Positions 30,747 to 43,779 of a stretch of 64,000 bases of DNA are shown here, piece by piece. This DNA is from Balanoglossus misakiensis (lineage: Eukaryota; Animalia; Hemichordata): NCBI GenBank assembly GCA_040954595.2, contig CM082580.2:7914390-7978389 (forward strand). The letters are read 5' to 3'. The first letter of the stretch is position 1. Each line of letters starts with the position of its first letter. The notes under the pieces were generated by a model. That model worked only from the letters and a program-made list of their open reading frames with translations, searched no databases and was not told the origin of the DNA. Both the position numbers and the translations under genes were made by a program.

Positions 30747-32241
30747 CATACATACATACATACAGACAGACAGACATACATACATACATACATACATACA
30801 TACAGACAGACAGACAGACATACATACATACATACAGACAGACAGACAGACAGACATACATACATACATACATACATACATACATACATACATACATTAC
30901 ATGTAAGAATATGTTTCAAAATATAAAACATACCACAATTGCAAACAGTCTCCAGAGTCATTGGGCTCACCATTTCCCCAGAGACCACTTTCTACTGACA
31001 GCTGGTGATTATCATGAGTTCTCCATACACCTGAACTGTCTTTATATCCATTAATCCAAATATCTTGAGGAGTCAAACTATATTTCTCTATTTCTTCCTG
31101 GGCTTCATTCAATGACTCCCCATCTACAATCTTGGCAAGGATTTTCCCTTGCTGTAGACAGGCATCCACTGCCTCCTCCCACGGTAACTTTTCTGCGATT
31201 ATCTGAAACCGCCCTTAATTAAATGAAGGCAGAAATCTAAGTGTTAAGGTAGTACACGCCCCAAAAATCGAAATCTTAAACTCTGTCTCATTTTTTGTCC
31301 AAACTTTAGATGATTCTCTTTTTACAATTGAAAATAAAAACAGGGGGTTTTGTGCAAAATTTTGACTGGGAGAGCAAAATTACCTCAAACTTGCAATTCA
31401 AAATGGCCGCCATTCTGTGTGTAAAGTATATTTCAATTGAAATGTACTGATAAAAATCAGGTACAATGTATGTGTAACATATCGTGCGCATGCATCTTTA
31501 ATCAAGTTTATAGATTTCAGTTTCAACTTTCAACCTACCCCGTGTAAATCTCACGGCCAGCTGCTTGAACTTGGCAAAGGAGTCTAAATACATCGCATAG
31601 CTGGAGTCAGACACCACGGACAACAACTCGTCTTGGTCTGCATCCTGAAGACCAAGAGCAAAGATGTGCACAGGTGAGCTGGCATTCCACCCCAGCGACA
31701 TCAGTTCCCTGTTGGCGACTTTTGGGGGCTCCCCGATGTTGGATTTCCCATTGGTAATCAGGAAGACCACTTTCTTGGAGTCCTGGCGGCAGTTGAACAA
31801 GACGTTCCTGGCTTCCCGCAACGCGTCGGTGGTCGCCGTCCAACCGAACGTATCCCTCGATATCGCGTCGATGCGTGAGAATAGCTCGCATTTGTCCAGG
31901 TCGCCCGAACCTCCGCCATCGGGGATCGAATTGAAATCGACCGTGGGTCGCGTGCTGTAGGTTAGGACGGCCGCCCTCGTCCAATCTTGGTCGATTTTGA
32001 AGGGCGTCAGTAGGTTTTTTATGAAGGCGAAAATGGTGTCCATGGCAACTGGGTGCGACCTCAGACTTTGCGACCGTTCAACCACAAACACGACGTCAAC
32101 TTTTTCTTGGGAAGCAGAGAGAAACCCATCACGAATTACGTCCACTGCATCATCGACTTCAGTTGCTACATTGTAACAAGGGAGGGTCCCGATGATCACG
32201 ACAATTAAACCAAGACAGTTGAAATATGTCACGAAATACAT
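21043..32241 (-). CDS. SVEP1/polydom-like multidomain type-I membrane receptor (signal peptide, VWA, C-type lectin, EGF, ephrin-receptor-like Cys repeat, 2 sushi, EGFs, pentraxin/LamG, EGF array, SEA, Cys repeat, TM, Tyr-rich tail)
   Basis: Exons: 32241-31539 signal+VWA ([23 protein letters not shown]); ~31214-30933 and ~30610-30531 CTL; 29903-29754 EGF-like; ~28974-28818 CPLGTY..CISCP; ~28555-28328 and ~28029-27836 sushi; ~27366-27257, ~26933-26819, ~26491-26357 EGF; ~26221-26019, ~25644-25458, ~24985-24725 pentraxin ([24 protein letters not shown]; [12 protein letters not shown]); ~24226-23366 EGF array; ~23257-23100 and ~23007-22822 SEA-like; ~22365-22207 Cys repeat; ~21767-21043 TM ([29 protein letters not shown]) and tail. 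An alternative in-frame ATG lies at 32340. Confidence 0.85.
22563..22653. mobile_element. ~90 bp MITE, piggyBac-like termini (copy 1)
   Basis: caccctttcacc ... ggtgaaagggttaa terminal inverted repeats, with an internal ccatggtt..ccattgttttc..aaggtnggacct shared with three other copies. Confidence 0.65.
24362..24454. mobile_element. ~90 bp MITE (copy 2, reverse orientation, diverged)
   Basis: ttacccctttcacccc..ggtcccactttaccatagaaaacaatgg..gtgatagggttga. Confidence 0.55.
28172..28249. mobile_element. ~90 bp MITE (copy 3, reverse orientation, partial)
   Basis: gtccaacttttccatggaaaacaatggatgtggaccaaaccatggtggtgaaagggttaa. Confidence 0.6.
29336..29428. mobile_element. ~90 bp MITE (copy 4)
   Basis: ccctttcatcaccatggttcagtccaaaccctttgttttcaatggtaaggtcggacct..ggggatgaaagggttaa. 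Confidence 0.65.
29868..30404. repeat. Tandem repeat, 178 bp x3, including a splice acceptor and the first 36 nt of an exon
   Basis: The unit ccatctctgcttgcgtcc...gaaagaaacctatac starts at 29868, 30046 and 30224 and is nearly identical in all three. Confidence 0.93.
30686..30896. repeat. Compound (CATA)n/(CAGA)n microsatellite
   Basis: Direct read; lies in the intron that splits the CTL domain. Confidence 0.95.
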
Positions 32242-33474
32242 ACCGATAGTTGACGTCAAGAAACGAGATGTTTCTCCCAAGCCGCCAAGTTGAAACCCTC
32301 CTTCAGTGTCGAGTAAAAGGTAGCGATCAACCGCACCCATACATTCAGGAAAGTTATAACGCGGAAATGCGGTGGTAAAAACGTACGGAAATTAATGCAG
32401 TTAACGCGCGTGAACTGAGAAAATAATCACGCAGTATTTCAAATCAGCGACAACGTCGCGTTCCTATATCTACAGTTTGGCACAAATTACTTCCGTTTTT
32501 TAGCTTGATTGCGCCTGTTTGCAGGAATAAAGAACAAAAGCCAGTCCCGGGATAGCAGCCTGTTGCTTTCGGTAAAGCCGCGATCTGCGTCATGGCAAGG
32601 TCGGGTCAAAATTTGCAAAATAAAAAGAGGGATGAAAACTTTCGAGGTTAATATTGTGATTGGCTACCATAGTTCGGGGTCATGCGAGGTAACCCAGACA
32701 TACATGGACTGACCGGGTTATATAATGTTAATAATCAGTTTCCATAAACTCAACTCATAGCTAACAAAGTAAATGGGAAAGACATAAAATATTGAAAACT
32801 TTCTATCGAAGTTACAGTAAAGTGAGACAGACTCCGTAAACATTTACCTCAAGTGAACCAGGAAGTCACCTCGGAATTGGGTCAAGTAATAGTACGCATT
32901 GTTGTATTTCATTGTGTGGGTGTGACCACAGTGTACCAGCTATAGTGTCGTGACTAGCTGAAATAGTCTTGGTGGGATGGATCGTACGACTTGCCCTATC
33001 CGCACGAAACATCGCACACGCCGCAAGATCCAGTACAGAGCAAGATACTTTACGTACAGCAACTTTAAGATTTATGCTTGAATATCAATATTTATTATTA
33101 CCCACTCTAGATAGTTTAATTACAACAGTAGTGTCAGTTATTTATAAACACACTGATACGAAGATGCTCATCATTTCCTAATTGACAACATCGTTTCAAT
33201 CATCAAATTTGCTAGAAAGAGTCTCGGCACACAGTGGTCGCACTTCTTGGAGGCTTATCTTTGAATATGTAGGTATATGATAAATGTAAAATATCACCGA
33301 GCGTTTAATAACTCAATTATATAGATGGTCTCATCAGTTTGAACAGTCACATTATGTCGAATTACCGCAATATATATTTCGCCATATAATACGTAGGCTG
33401 TAATTTGTTTCTATTCAGGCGTGATTATATACGGCACCAGATAGACCTCGATGTCTTCGGGTTGCATTTTTGTT

Positions 33475-36400
33475 TCATTCTGAGTTCGGGAACAGGTTCA
33501 TCAGAATCTGCTTTTCGCCGACGAACAGGAAGTCTCTCGCCGACTTCAATCTTCCGCTGACGATATCGAAGTAAAACTTCGTCTGCCTCTTCAGGAACGA
33601 AGAGGAGATGACGACATCGAACTCCTTAGCACACCGGGTCAAAACTTTGCACGTCTGCCCCGGGTTGACCACATCAACCCTCAGGATGACGTCGGACATT
33701 GTCTCGTTGTCGTAATCAGCGATTTCGAAATCGTGGACGTCTGGGACCTCCCTCTCGGCGTTGACTATTGCCTTGTCGAAGGTCACCCTCACGGTGATGT
33801 TGCCCTTTTCGGCGTTCCCGCCAGTCAGCAGTGAAGTCGCGTCCGACACGTGCGCAGTATATGTTGGTACCAAGTACACGTGATATTCGGTACTTGTCTG
33901 ACCACCAAGTTTGTTTTCGTCCTCACTGACGATCTGTGAAGTCAAGATTGCACGCATTAATATTTGCACAGAACACGTACCAAAAATACTATAAAATTAG
34001 TCAAAAATTGCAGATAGCAAACATAAAGGCGATAGACGATGACGTAATAATAAAAGTTTAATAATAAAAAGTGTGTGTGTTTGTGAACAAGGTCTATGGA
34101 ACACCTAACCCCCTCGGGTAGACGAGCATGATCATGAGATGATGATAGATCAATCGCGTATTATTTCCATATGTTAAGAATGCAAGATGTATAGTTTGCA
34201 TCGCGCGAGCGGCCGGCGGAGCTAACCTGGCCAGACATCTCCAATATCAGTACATCCCCGTCTTGTAATCTCTCCTGGAAATATATGCCCAACCGATATT
34301 CCGTCAGGTCTCGCCCAAGGAACAGGAATCGTTGTTTCGTCGGTTTCAAGATGGTGACGTTGCCCCTTCTGAGAGTCACGATGAAATCGCTGCTGATGAC
34401 GTCATGACCGTCATACCCAGGTAGAAGTGTGATGGTTGATACCTGAAAATAACCAGAAAATAACCAGAAATTGGTGTGACATCACAGTATGAACGACACA
34501 GGGCCGCCATGTGAGAAGACAGAAGGAACCGACCTCATCGGCGACTGTGTCCGGTATCTGTTGTTTTCGCCTTATTGGCCTGGTAAAGAACACGTTGGCA
34601 ACCACGCTCATTTTGTCCTCCTGAACTTGAAAATCCACCCTCGACAGTCCCGCTAGAACGGGCACATTGAATTCCGGAATGAGGCTTCGGACGTCGGCTA
34701 GAGTAATATTCCAGGTGAAAGCGTTCTCCTGGCAGTCGTCGAGAAGATGGCTTGTCGCTCGTATGTTTTTGCCTTCTGTGCAAACTTGGAAAGGCCATAT
34801 TCCGCGGCATGTTTTCTCCGGCCCTGCAATGAAATTAAACTTGGTCTTGTTTATCCCAAACAAGAACACAAATAAATGAATAAAAAATGAATATACGAAT
34901 ACATATACAATATATAACACCATACAGACAGACAGACAGACACTCACCTTTTGCATTGATGGACAAATAACGCGGGAGGTTTTGCATCAGCAACGTTTCT
35001 TGAAATCGGTTAGCCTCTTGAATCATCAGAATGTCGCCAAGCTTAACGACCATTCCATTGGGTTTGTGGTCATTGACAACACGGAATCTCAGCAATCCCG
35101 ATGTGTCCGCCTTGCTCACGTCGAAAGAAGCGCTTTTGTAGTCATCCTCGCCCTCGTCGCGATTCACCGCGCCGGTCGCCGACGCTAACATGAAGTGATC
35201 GCCGTAATGGAGTTCCTCTCTCTGAACGTTCACGATGGACAACGGAGAGACGATCGCAAACAACTTATTCTGTTCACCTGTCATTGAATAAAACAGGAAA
35301 GCGTTTGCAAAGCAGGTGACACATTTCAAGTAGATGCTTGTTTGGTTTAATACAAACCTACTGAGATATTAACGTTTACTCTAAGCTTAATCGACAGAGA
35401 GAATACTTAGCGTGCAAATTGTCCTGTGTGCCCCCAAAAATATGATTCAGAAACAAACTTGCCATAAAACCTTTACTGAACGATCGCTTAGATGGACAGA
35501 TGGTTTGCAGAAAGCTAAACAACAAACTCAACCAAGCGATGACCGGATTAATTGATATGAATATTAACATGCAAATTATGATACAACCCAGAATGCAATG
35601 CGATGTGTCCGCACATTCCTAACTATACAGAATCACTTCTCGTGAAGTTCAGCATGAAGTTCGACCATTTGCACTCGCTGATCCTGTCCAATAATAATCA
35701 ATTCCTATACACGTGGAATTGGTCCCAACTTTATTGAAATATACTCACTGCTCACGACGCGATACTGCACCCTGAAACTCTTCAACTTCAAATCGTCCCA
35801 AACGTTGCCGAAGTGTTCCTTGTCGAGTTCATGGTAGCAAGACCAGTGATATGTGAAGTCGTACAGTTTACTTTTTGTCTTCTTCCAAAACCACACTCCC
35901 TAAACGTGATAGTCACATGATATCAATAAATTACGAGAAATGTATCGGACACTGTACGAAATTATATACCTTTTAGCCAAGCTTTACGTTTATAAAAGCC
36001 AGACAGTGAACACCATGTTTTTTTTTCTTTGATTTAAAAGCGACTTGGAGGACTATCATATTTTAACCACTGTTACATACCGTGGTCACGTCATGATAAG
36101 CCGGAATTTCAACTCGCTCTGGCGAAGTGAAGATGATGCAAAAACCGCCCTCATGCGCCGTGAACGTTCCGGCTTGACAGCCTGTCGTCTGCTTGCAGTG
36201 ATCTTCACAATCCTCTTCGGATAGGCCTGCAATAAAAACGGCATGCAGTCGCACATTTCTGTGTCATTAACAAATTACAACATGTATGTCGCATTCAGTG
36301 AAGTTTGGCGTTGAAGTTCAGTGGCGTCAAGTTTCTTATTTCAGGGTTTGAGAATTGCGGTGTACAAATTCGTGTTCCGGCGACTTCTCGGTCGAGCCTA

Positions 36401-39400
36401 CAGCCTCTACTCGAAGTTACGTATACCGTACTCATGACTAAAACGAGGATAGTTAACTACAATTTTATAGCACCTGTAGACAAAGCCGTGTAAAGCCTCT
36501 CTCTAAACTAACCCTGCTTTTCTGAGAAGTGCCCATGTTTCACAAATCAGAAGCCGTGTCCATTAATCTGAAAACCGGGAATGTCACCTCCAGATATAGG
36601 ACACATACCTGTATACGTCACACACTTCGAGGATATAGTGTTGTGTACTTGCTTCATGAATTTCACCCATTCGTTCCCGTTGGGATTGCTTGGCCCACTA
36701 GATTTCTGTTGGACCCACGTACACAGTTGATTTGGTAATGGTATAATCGACGCCTTTGAAGTCGACGAGCCTAGCAAATCAGATAGCAGAAACGAAAGAC
36801 GATCGGCGTTAAACACAAATATGAATGCCATGTTTAAAGTATCCGTACTGTAGCCAAACTAGAATGCCGTCTTAAAAATAGCAATCTTGCACGTGCGCAC
36901 AGGACGATGAGGTTCACACTATACCACAGAAATACAACTTGTGAATCATTGGGCAGATTTCAAAGAAGTCGTTTCAGTTCGACTTAGACTTTTTACCGAT
37001 TGTCGACATCCGCTCTTGGCCATGTGCGTTTGGAACTTGAATAAGTATCGAATTCACAACTACGTGGGCAATCATGAATCACCTATGACACTGGCTGTGT
37101 CTGTATAGTACAGATAAATCATCTGTGATTTAGACAAAGACACGGAATTTCTCGTTTCAGTCAAGTATGCAGACAGGAACATATACATGTACCTTTAAAA
37201 TCCGCGGCTGCCGCGTAGATTCCATCTGTTTCATCTCTGAGAAAAAACACCTTTTCGTTACAGTCTCTCATCGTAATATGGACGATATCCCCAACATGCA
37301 CGGCGTTGCCGTCTTCGTCTTGGCCGCGTTGACTGAAATCTGTGCAACGTGCGTCTGGTATGCGATTGCAGTAACCTTGGTATTTGGCTCGCAATATCTG
37401 TCGGACAAATTTGAGGGAGGTTTTAAAGAAGGTGACGATTAAGGGGGTTGGGTTCATATGTATGAATTGTGAAAGAGATGAGAGGGAGGGAGTGACAAGG
37501 GAGGATAGAGAAAGTGATTTTCTGCTATAAAGCAGCGAGCTTACACCCTGTTTTGTTTCAATCTTCTTGTCACTCGGGAAGTTCTCTGGCGTCAGCAGAT
37601 CCACCACAGCCGCCAGACTGTACTTGATCGGAACGGGATTGTTGAAGACTGTGCTGGCCCACTCCTTCATCGAATCGGTGCTCCCTTCTTTGATTTCGCC
37701 GACGCCGGCCTCGCCTCCAAGGAAGAACTCGGTACTCGACTGGTCCGACTGAGACAGCGAGTTTTTCATGGAGTTTGATATCTTGCTCTTCATACTTTCT
37801 TTGACCTTAAATATGCCTGAAAAGGAAAATGGGAATAATTATGTCAGTGCTGGGTTTATACACCCTATATGCCTGTCAACATTAATTGAATGCGTCACAT
37901 TTTTCTCTATTCTGAAAGCAAAATATTTGTTGACGTTTAGGAACGTTTTTATAGGAAATCACCCAGCGCTCCTAGATAATAAATGATTCACCCCTCACCA
38001 GTCACCCCTGCTGACACCTCAAACGAAGAACTGAGTTCATTTTCCTGAATCTTCTCCATGGATTGACTCGTCATCTGATATCTCTGGGTGGCTTTCCCGC
38101 CCATGAGAACCCTGGTGGCGTAGTGCGTCCCGAAGGCGCCGATGAAGTCGTCGTAGAAACCGCAGTCGGAATGGCATCGGACGCTGTACGTGCAGCACGC
38201 TATGGCCGGCAGGTTTTTCACGGCCTCTCGGAACTCGTCGCTAGCGTCCGCGTTGAAGGGGGCCAGGCGGGCGTCGTAGACGATCACTCTACCGACGACG
38301 TCGACGTACACGTTCTGCATGTTGACGGTCGTCTGCGTCATCGTGTGGTACGAGGTGCTGGCGCTGAAGCCGCCGGTGATCTCCTCAATGGTGCCGCTGA
38401 CTTCCACGCTGACGTCCAACTCCAGGGAATTCTTGTAGCTCCTCTCGGACGTTATGATGGACGTCGTCGAGCCGAAGCTGCTCCCCATCTCGCGTATGAC
38501 GTCAGCCTGGTCGGGCATGAGGAACATCCGGTCCGACGAGAACCTGACCTTGTCGTAAGTCAACCCGATCACAGCCTGCCGAAATCCAGGGTCCACCGAG
38601 CCATCGTCGTTTCGCGGGTTACCATAGAAGATGTCGTATCCTCGTCCCAGGTAGCCGATATTCGGAAATGAGGTTTTGCCATCGGCTGGCACCTCTAGCC
38701 TGTTTTTCGCCGCAGATTGACGAGCCCTCACTTCAAGAAGTTCAGCTTTGGCCAGCTGCTCCGGTATCGACATGTTGGCACGAAGAGTCTGAAGGAAAGT
38801 AATGGTGAAATCAATAGCTGTGTTTGTGGTTTAAATAAGACGATAAAGGGTTTAAGAACAACAGGTGAACGCGTTGGTAAATATCGCAGCACATAACATG
38901 AAATAGTGCTGTGATCAACTGTGATGCGAGAACAAAAAGCTTCGCCTTTTCTTTATAATACCTGGTATTCGAACTGGATCTCTCTTTCGGCGATATCCTG
39001 TTTGGCGGCGATGAGGTCGGCCCTGGCCTGGACATCCGGCAAGGTGAGGTTCAGTTGTCGGTCGATCCGCGTCCGTTGGCTGTAGATCTGACCCTGGCGC
39101 AGAAGCTGCAGCGACTGCCAAACGTTGCAATCTGCAGTGAGAAGTGAACGGTGTTGCTTGTTTTAAGGCAGTAATTCGCCTCGAAAATCAGAGTTAAGGC
39201 GTCAACATAATACAAAATCATGAATGAAAGAGCACATACACACATAACCTCGAACTCTCACCATCCTGCACGATATCAGGTGAGAGACTGTTGTACCCAT
39301 GGATAGATGGTTCACACACACCACGGACGCTCATTGTCGTAAGACATACCTGAGTAATCTTGACACGCTTCACTTGACGCCGGCTCGGGGGAAGATTGAC

Positions 39401-39963
39401 AATAACTGTCTCCGACACGCGATCCGTTGCTGGCCACACAGAATACAGACCTGGATAAAGAGTGGAAACTTTTGATCAAAACACCGGATCTGTGTTTCAA
39501 TGGACACTACGGATTTTTGGGGTTAATCTATTGGTAGAAGTCTTTTCCCTATATACATGATTTACACATCAGAGGCGGCCATGATTTAGGAAAAATGTAC
39601 ACAGCAAGGCGAATCCGGTATAATTTGCCGCATTCGAAAATCTTGATACTATCAATAGGACATATTTTACAAACGGAAATATATGTCTGTATATACACCG
39701 ATAATTTTCGTTGGTACTACTAGTACGTCACGAACGATGATGACGAGAGACATCATGCATGACGTCAGTATGTCTCACCTTGAAAGGAAGCCCCCACCAC
39801 AATTACCAGAACACTTGCTCCAGTCGTTGTAATCCCAATAATAAGTACATTCACTGTAATCCGAACACCTGCAAAATGCAAAGGTAGATTTTTATGCAAT
39901 CTTCGCCGACACAGTTTGCACTCAAAAATGCGTTCCGCATACACCCGCTAAGCAACAAGTTTG

Positions 39964-40049
<86 letters not shown>

Positions 40050-43000
40050 TAAACTAAAAGAAAATCGATCCAACTAACCGTAAATATGGTGTTTCTCTAT
40101 CTGGCTTATCGAAGCTGCAGTAGTACTCGGGAACTGCTTGTTGGCTCTCTTTGTTCACACAGACCAGCTCAGTCAGGATGTGTCCCGCTCCGCATTTGTG
40201 GGACCCTTCACAGACTGCCCCAGGGCGGGGGCGATATTTCCATTGGAAACAGCTACGGGGAAGAAAGGGAATACATTTTAAAATTGAAGCTTTTTGGACA
40301 AGTGAGATTAACTGCTGCGTGGTCTCTTGTCGAAAAATTTATAAGCTCGCGGGCACAGTATTTTTTCAACGTCATCACCACAGTATACACAGTTTATTTT
40401 TTTTTATTTTTTTATTTATTTATTTATTAAGTTCCCCATTGCTTGAAACCTGAACATAACGCCCTGGAAATATTTGCATAAAATCAGAGTGGGTGGGTCA
40501 GCTCGGAGAACCTCACGACGGACACATACCTGGCGATGTAGTGATACACGCAAGATTGGTTCGTGTGCGGGCGCAATTTGTAGCGGCAGAATTTCTCATC
40601 TGTGGGCAGGTTCGTCAAAGCTTGGACACACTTCACGCGTCGTGTTTGTATTCCCCCGATGCAACCGGCTGAATCACAGGCACTCCAAGGCCCGACCGAC
40701 CACTTGAATACTGTAAAGGGACACATATGAACGATACAGTCACAATCGCAACATTTCTCCTGCGTCACGTCGGCTACCATTGCCGTGGTGGCGAGGCCAA
40801 TGGGAGAAAAGTTGACCAATCACACCAAGGGTGCTTCTCCAAAGGCCTCGTTTTGAGTGCAAATTTATGATGACACGCACTTTCTTAGTTCCACTTACAT
40901 TTTATTTGAAGACTCAACTTCGGTCTCAGGCTCGATTGTTTCCACACGATGATGTCATCAAAGCCAGCTTGTTGTTGATCTTTGAGCGGGCGCAGCATGA
41001 AACCATTGCGGCCGGCGATGAACTTGCCGTTCAACAGCCCCTGACCAACGAAGAAATAAGAAAAAGTTACAGCTAATGCAGGTTCATTGGGGAAAAATCA
41101 CACTGTACACAGCTGTATCGATTGACGCCCGACCAATATAAACCAAAGTCTAAACAGATCGTACTTGCCAATATATTGTCAGAGCTCTTCATTCATGCAA
41201 GAAAAGCCACGCATTTACCTCAAGCAATGTCGTCAGTGAATCAGATCGGATGGAGACACTTTGGTGACTGGTTGTATTCGTATCGATGGTATCAATCAAA
41301 ACACTCCGTGGAATACTGGTGTTGGACGAGGATATCCTGGTCCAAGGGTCTATTACACCTTCCAGCGCCAAGTACCGTATGTCTCTCTCTCCCTTGAAGT
41401 TCAGATCCATAACAGCACTTTCCACGATGACGGACATGTCCTCCAAGTTCCTGCTCCTGAGGCTGTTTATTCTGAAATTCAGCAGCGCCACGCATTCGGT
41501 GTTTGCAAAGATGTCGTTGTTAGATTTGCAGTCGGACGATTTTGCAGTGGCTGAAAAGTGCATATAACGTGGTTACATCGTCAGTTGCTGAAGCCTTACA
41601 GACTAAGCTTCATTAGTGAACAGAATCATAAGAACACGAGGCATAATTCACACCAATGCAGTTCCAACAACCGCCAGCCCCTCAAAACATGGGTATTTGG
41701 CGACGTTAGACATTGAGGCAAGACTTACACTGGGTTTCACATATGAAATATTTCATGTCATTGCATGCTGTATCGTCTAGCTTGTGTCCAATCGTGTCTC
41801 CGCGATACCTGTCGAGCAAAAGTGGAGATAATTTTTCTTTAGTTTCCATACATACTTAATATAACATAAAACATACCACAGCTGCAAATACCATAAAAAC
41901 ATACCACAGCTGCAAACATTTTCCAGAGTTATCCGGCTGGCCCTCAGCCCACAGACCGCCCTCCAGTGACAGAGGCAGATTATCCTGAGCTTTCCACACT
42001 CCGAAGTTGTCTCTGTAGCCGTTAACCCAAAAGTCCTGTGGGGTCAAACCGTGTCTCTTTATTTCCTCCTCCACTTCATTGAGAGTCTCATCGTCCAACA
42101 CCTTGACGAGGATTCTACCCTGGGCTAGGCACGCGTCCGCTGCACCTTGCCAAGATTTGGATTCGGTGGTTATCAGGAAACGCCCTTCTTCTTCTGAATC
42201 AGAAAAAGCCCAGAAAACAATAATGCGTCTCAAATCACATTCCTTCCTTCACTGTGTCCATGTGAAGTGTTCATCAGCTCCCGTCACTGCATGCTGCATG
42301 CGGTCGTTTTGAGAGCAGACAATTGATTGCATTTGGTTATTTATTAAGGCACAATACCTGTAAAAATTGAAACATCTACGAGGCTTACAATTTGTCCAAT
42401 AGTGACTAGCGCCCTCTGCAGTACTCACCATCAGCGTCGCGCTTCCTGCGTCTGTAGGGATCCTCTCTCTCCCCGATCTCCACAAAATATGGCGGCCAGT
42501 TGTCTGCACTCGGTATTCCGATCGAAACCAACTGTGGCGTCAAGGGGCACCAGCCGAAGAAGGCCTCGTTGTAGGCCGTGGAGTAGGCCATGGTTGTGCA
42601 GGCAAATCCGTGGTAGTCGGAAAAGATCGTTGTGGTGGCTGAAATGAAGGTACGGCAAATGGAGTTGCAGGTTCAGTGTTGTCAATCAGGATTTCAAATT
42701 ATGTATTTTTCCGTGACACAGGGTCTTGTAAATACAATGTATGCTAACTTTGGATTGACAATTCTACAGTGTTGTAAAAGCAAAGAGGAAACGCAACAGT
42801 ATGCACGCCTCACATTTTGCTGACGTATGCGACAACACCACGTGACCCAAATGATGGACGACACAGATTCAGAGATATCTGAAAATCTTGACAACTACAT
42901 AGAATATCCCGATCGTTTTAACATTCCTCCCGGGTCCGGGACTAGCAAGACGCGGTTGTTAATACACAATAGAAAAAAAAACGATGAACATTTGTAAAAT

Positions 43001-43747
43001 TTACATGTCTATGCCAATCAATGTCTTGAACTTACGTACCTGGCGTGATAAGACGCGTATTGGACACTGTCCCGCCGAGGAATCCTTTTCTCTGGCATTC
43101 CGTCACCCCTTCCATCTTGTTGATGTAAGACTCTCCACACCAGTCACACGTGAATGTAGTAATCACACTGTCCAGTTGGATTTCAACCTAAAGAGGAAAC
43201 GCCATATTCTTTGGGATGTGCAAAAGGTGTCTTCGTCGATCTCCTAATTCGGCCAACCTGACTGAACTGAGATATTCTATCAGTTTCGTGACTGTGACTG
43301 TCGAGTAACTCCCAATTCGCATAGTTCATAACCTGGAATAAATCTGCAATTGGGAATGTACCCCCGGTACTTCACCAAATTTTATAAAACTTCTCTCATA
43401 TGTTGATCTCAGAAAGATGTGACAACTGCTGTGGAACAGGCAGGTCATTATGGCGTTCCTTACCGTTTCTACAGTAACCCCATTACCGATCTGCCCGACC
43501 AGCTTCAACGCTGTAACGAAGCCCACGTTTCTGTTTATGACGTAGAATTGCCGGTTGCCTGGTTTGATAAACAAGTTTATCGGAGTCGTGTCGTTCAGCG
43601 TCCCGACAATCATGAACGCTATGTGTAACCCATCGGTTGGTCCCTCCGTCATGTATACGTTTATACTGTAGTTTTTGTAAGCTGAAAAATAAAATAATGT
43701 CGTGAAGTTTGAATGTACATACATACATACATACATACATACATACA

Positions 43748-43779
<32 letters not shown>

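Noticed and set aside
31244-31420. Repeat-like segment starting ttaaggtagtacacgcc and containing caaaatggccgccatt
   Set aside because: Probably a fragment of an interspersed non-autonomous element, but I could not define a second copy or termini within the window.
21043-32241. Calling the receptor Notch, Crumbs or SVEP1 itself
   Set aside because: No LNR or ankyrin repeats, no ERLI terminus, and it lacks SVEP1's HYR domains and long sushi array while having a TM, so no gene symbol is assigned.
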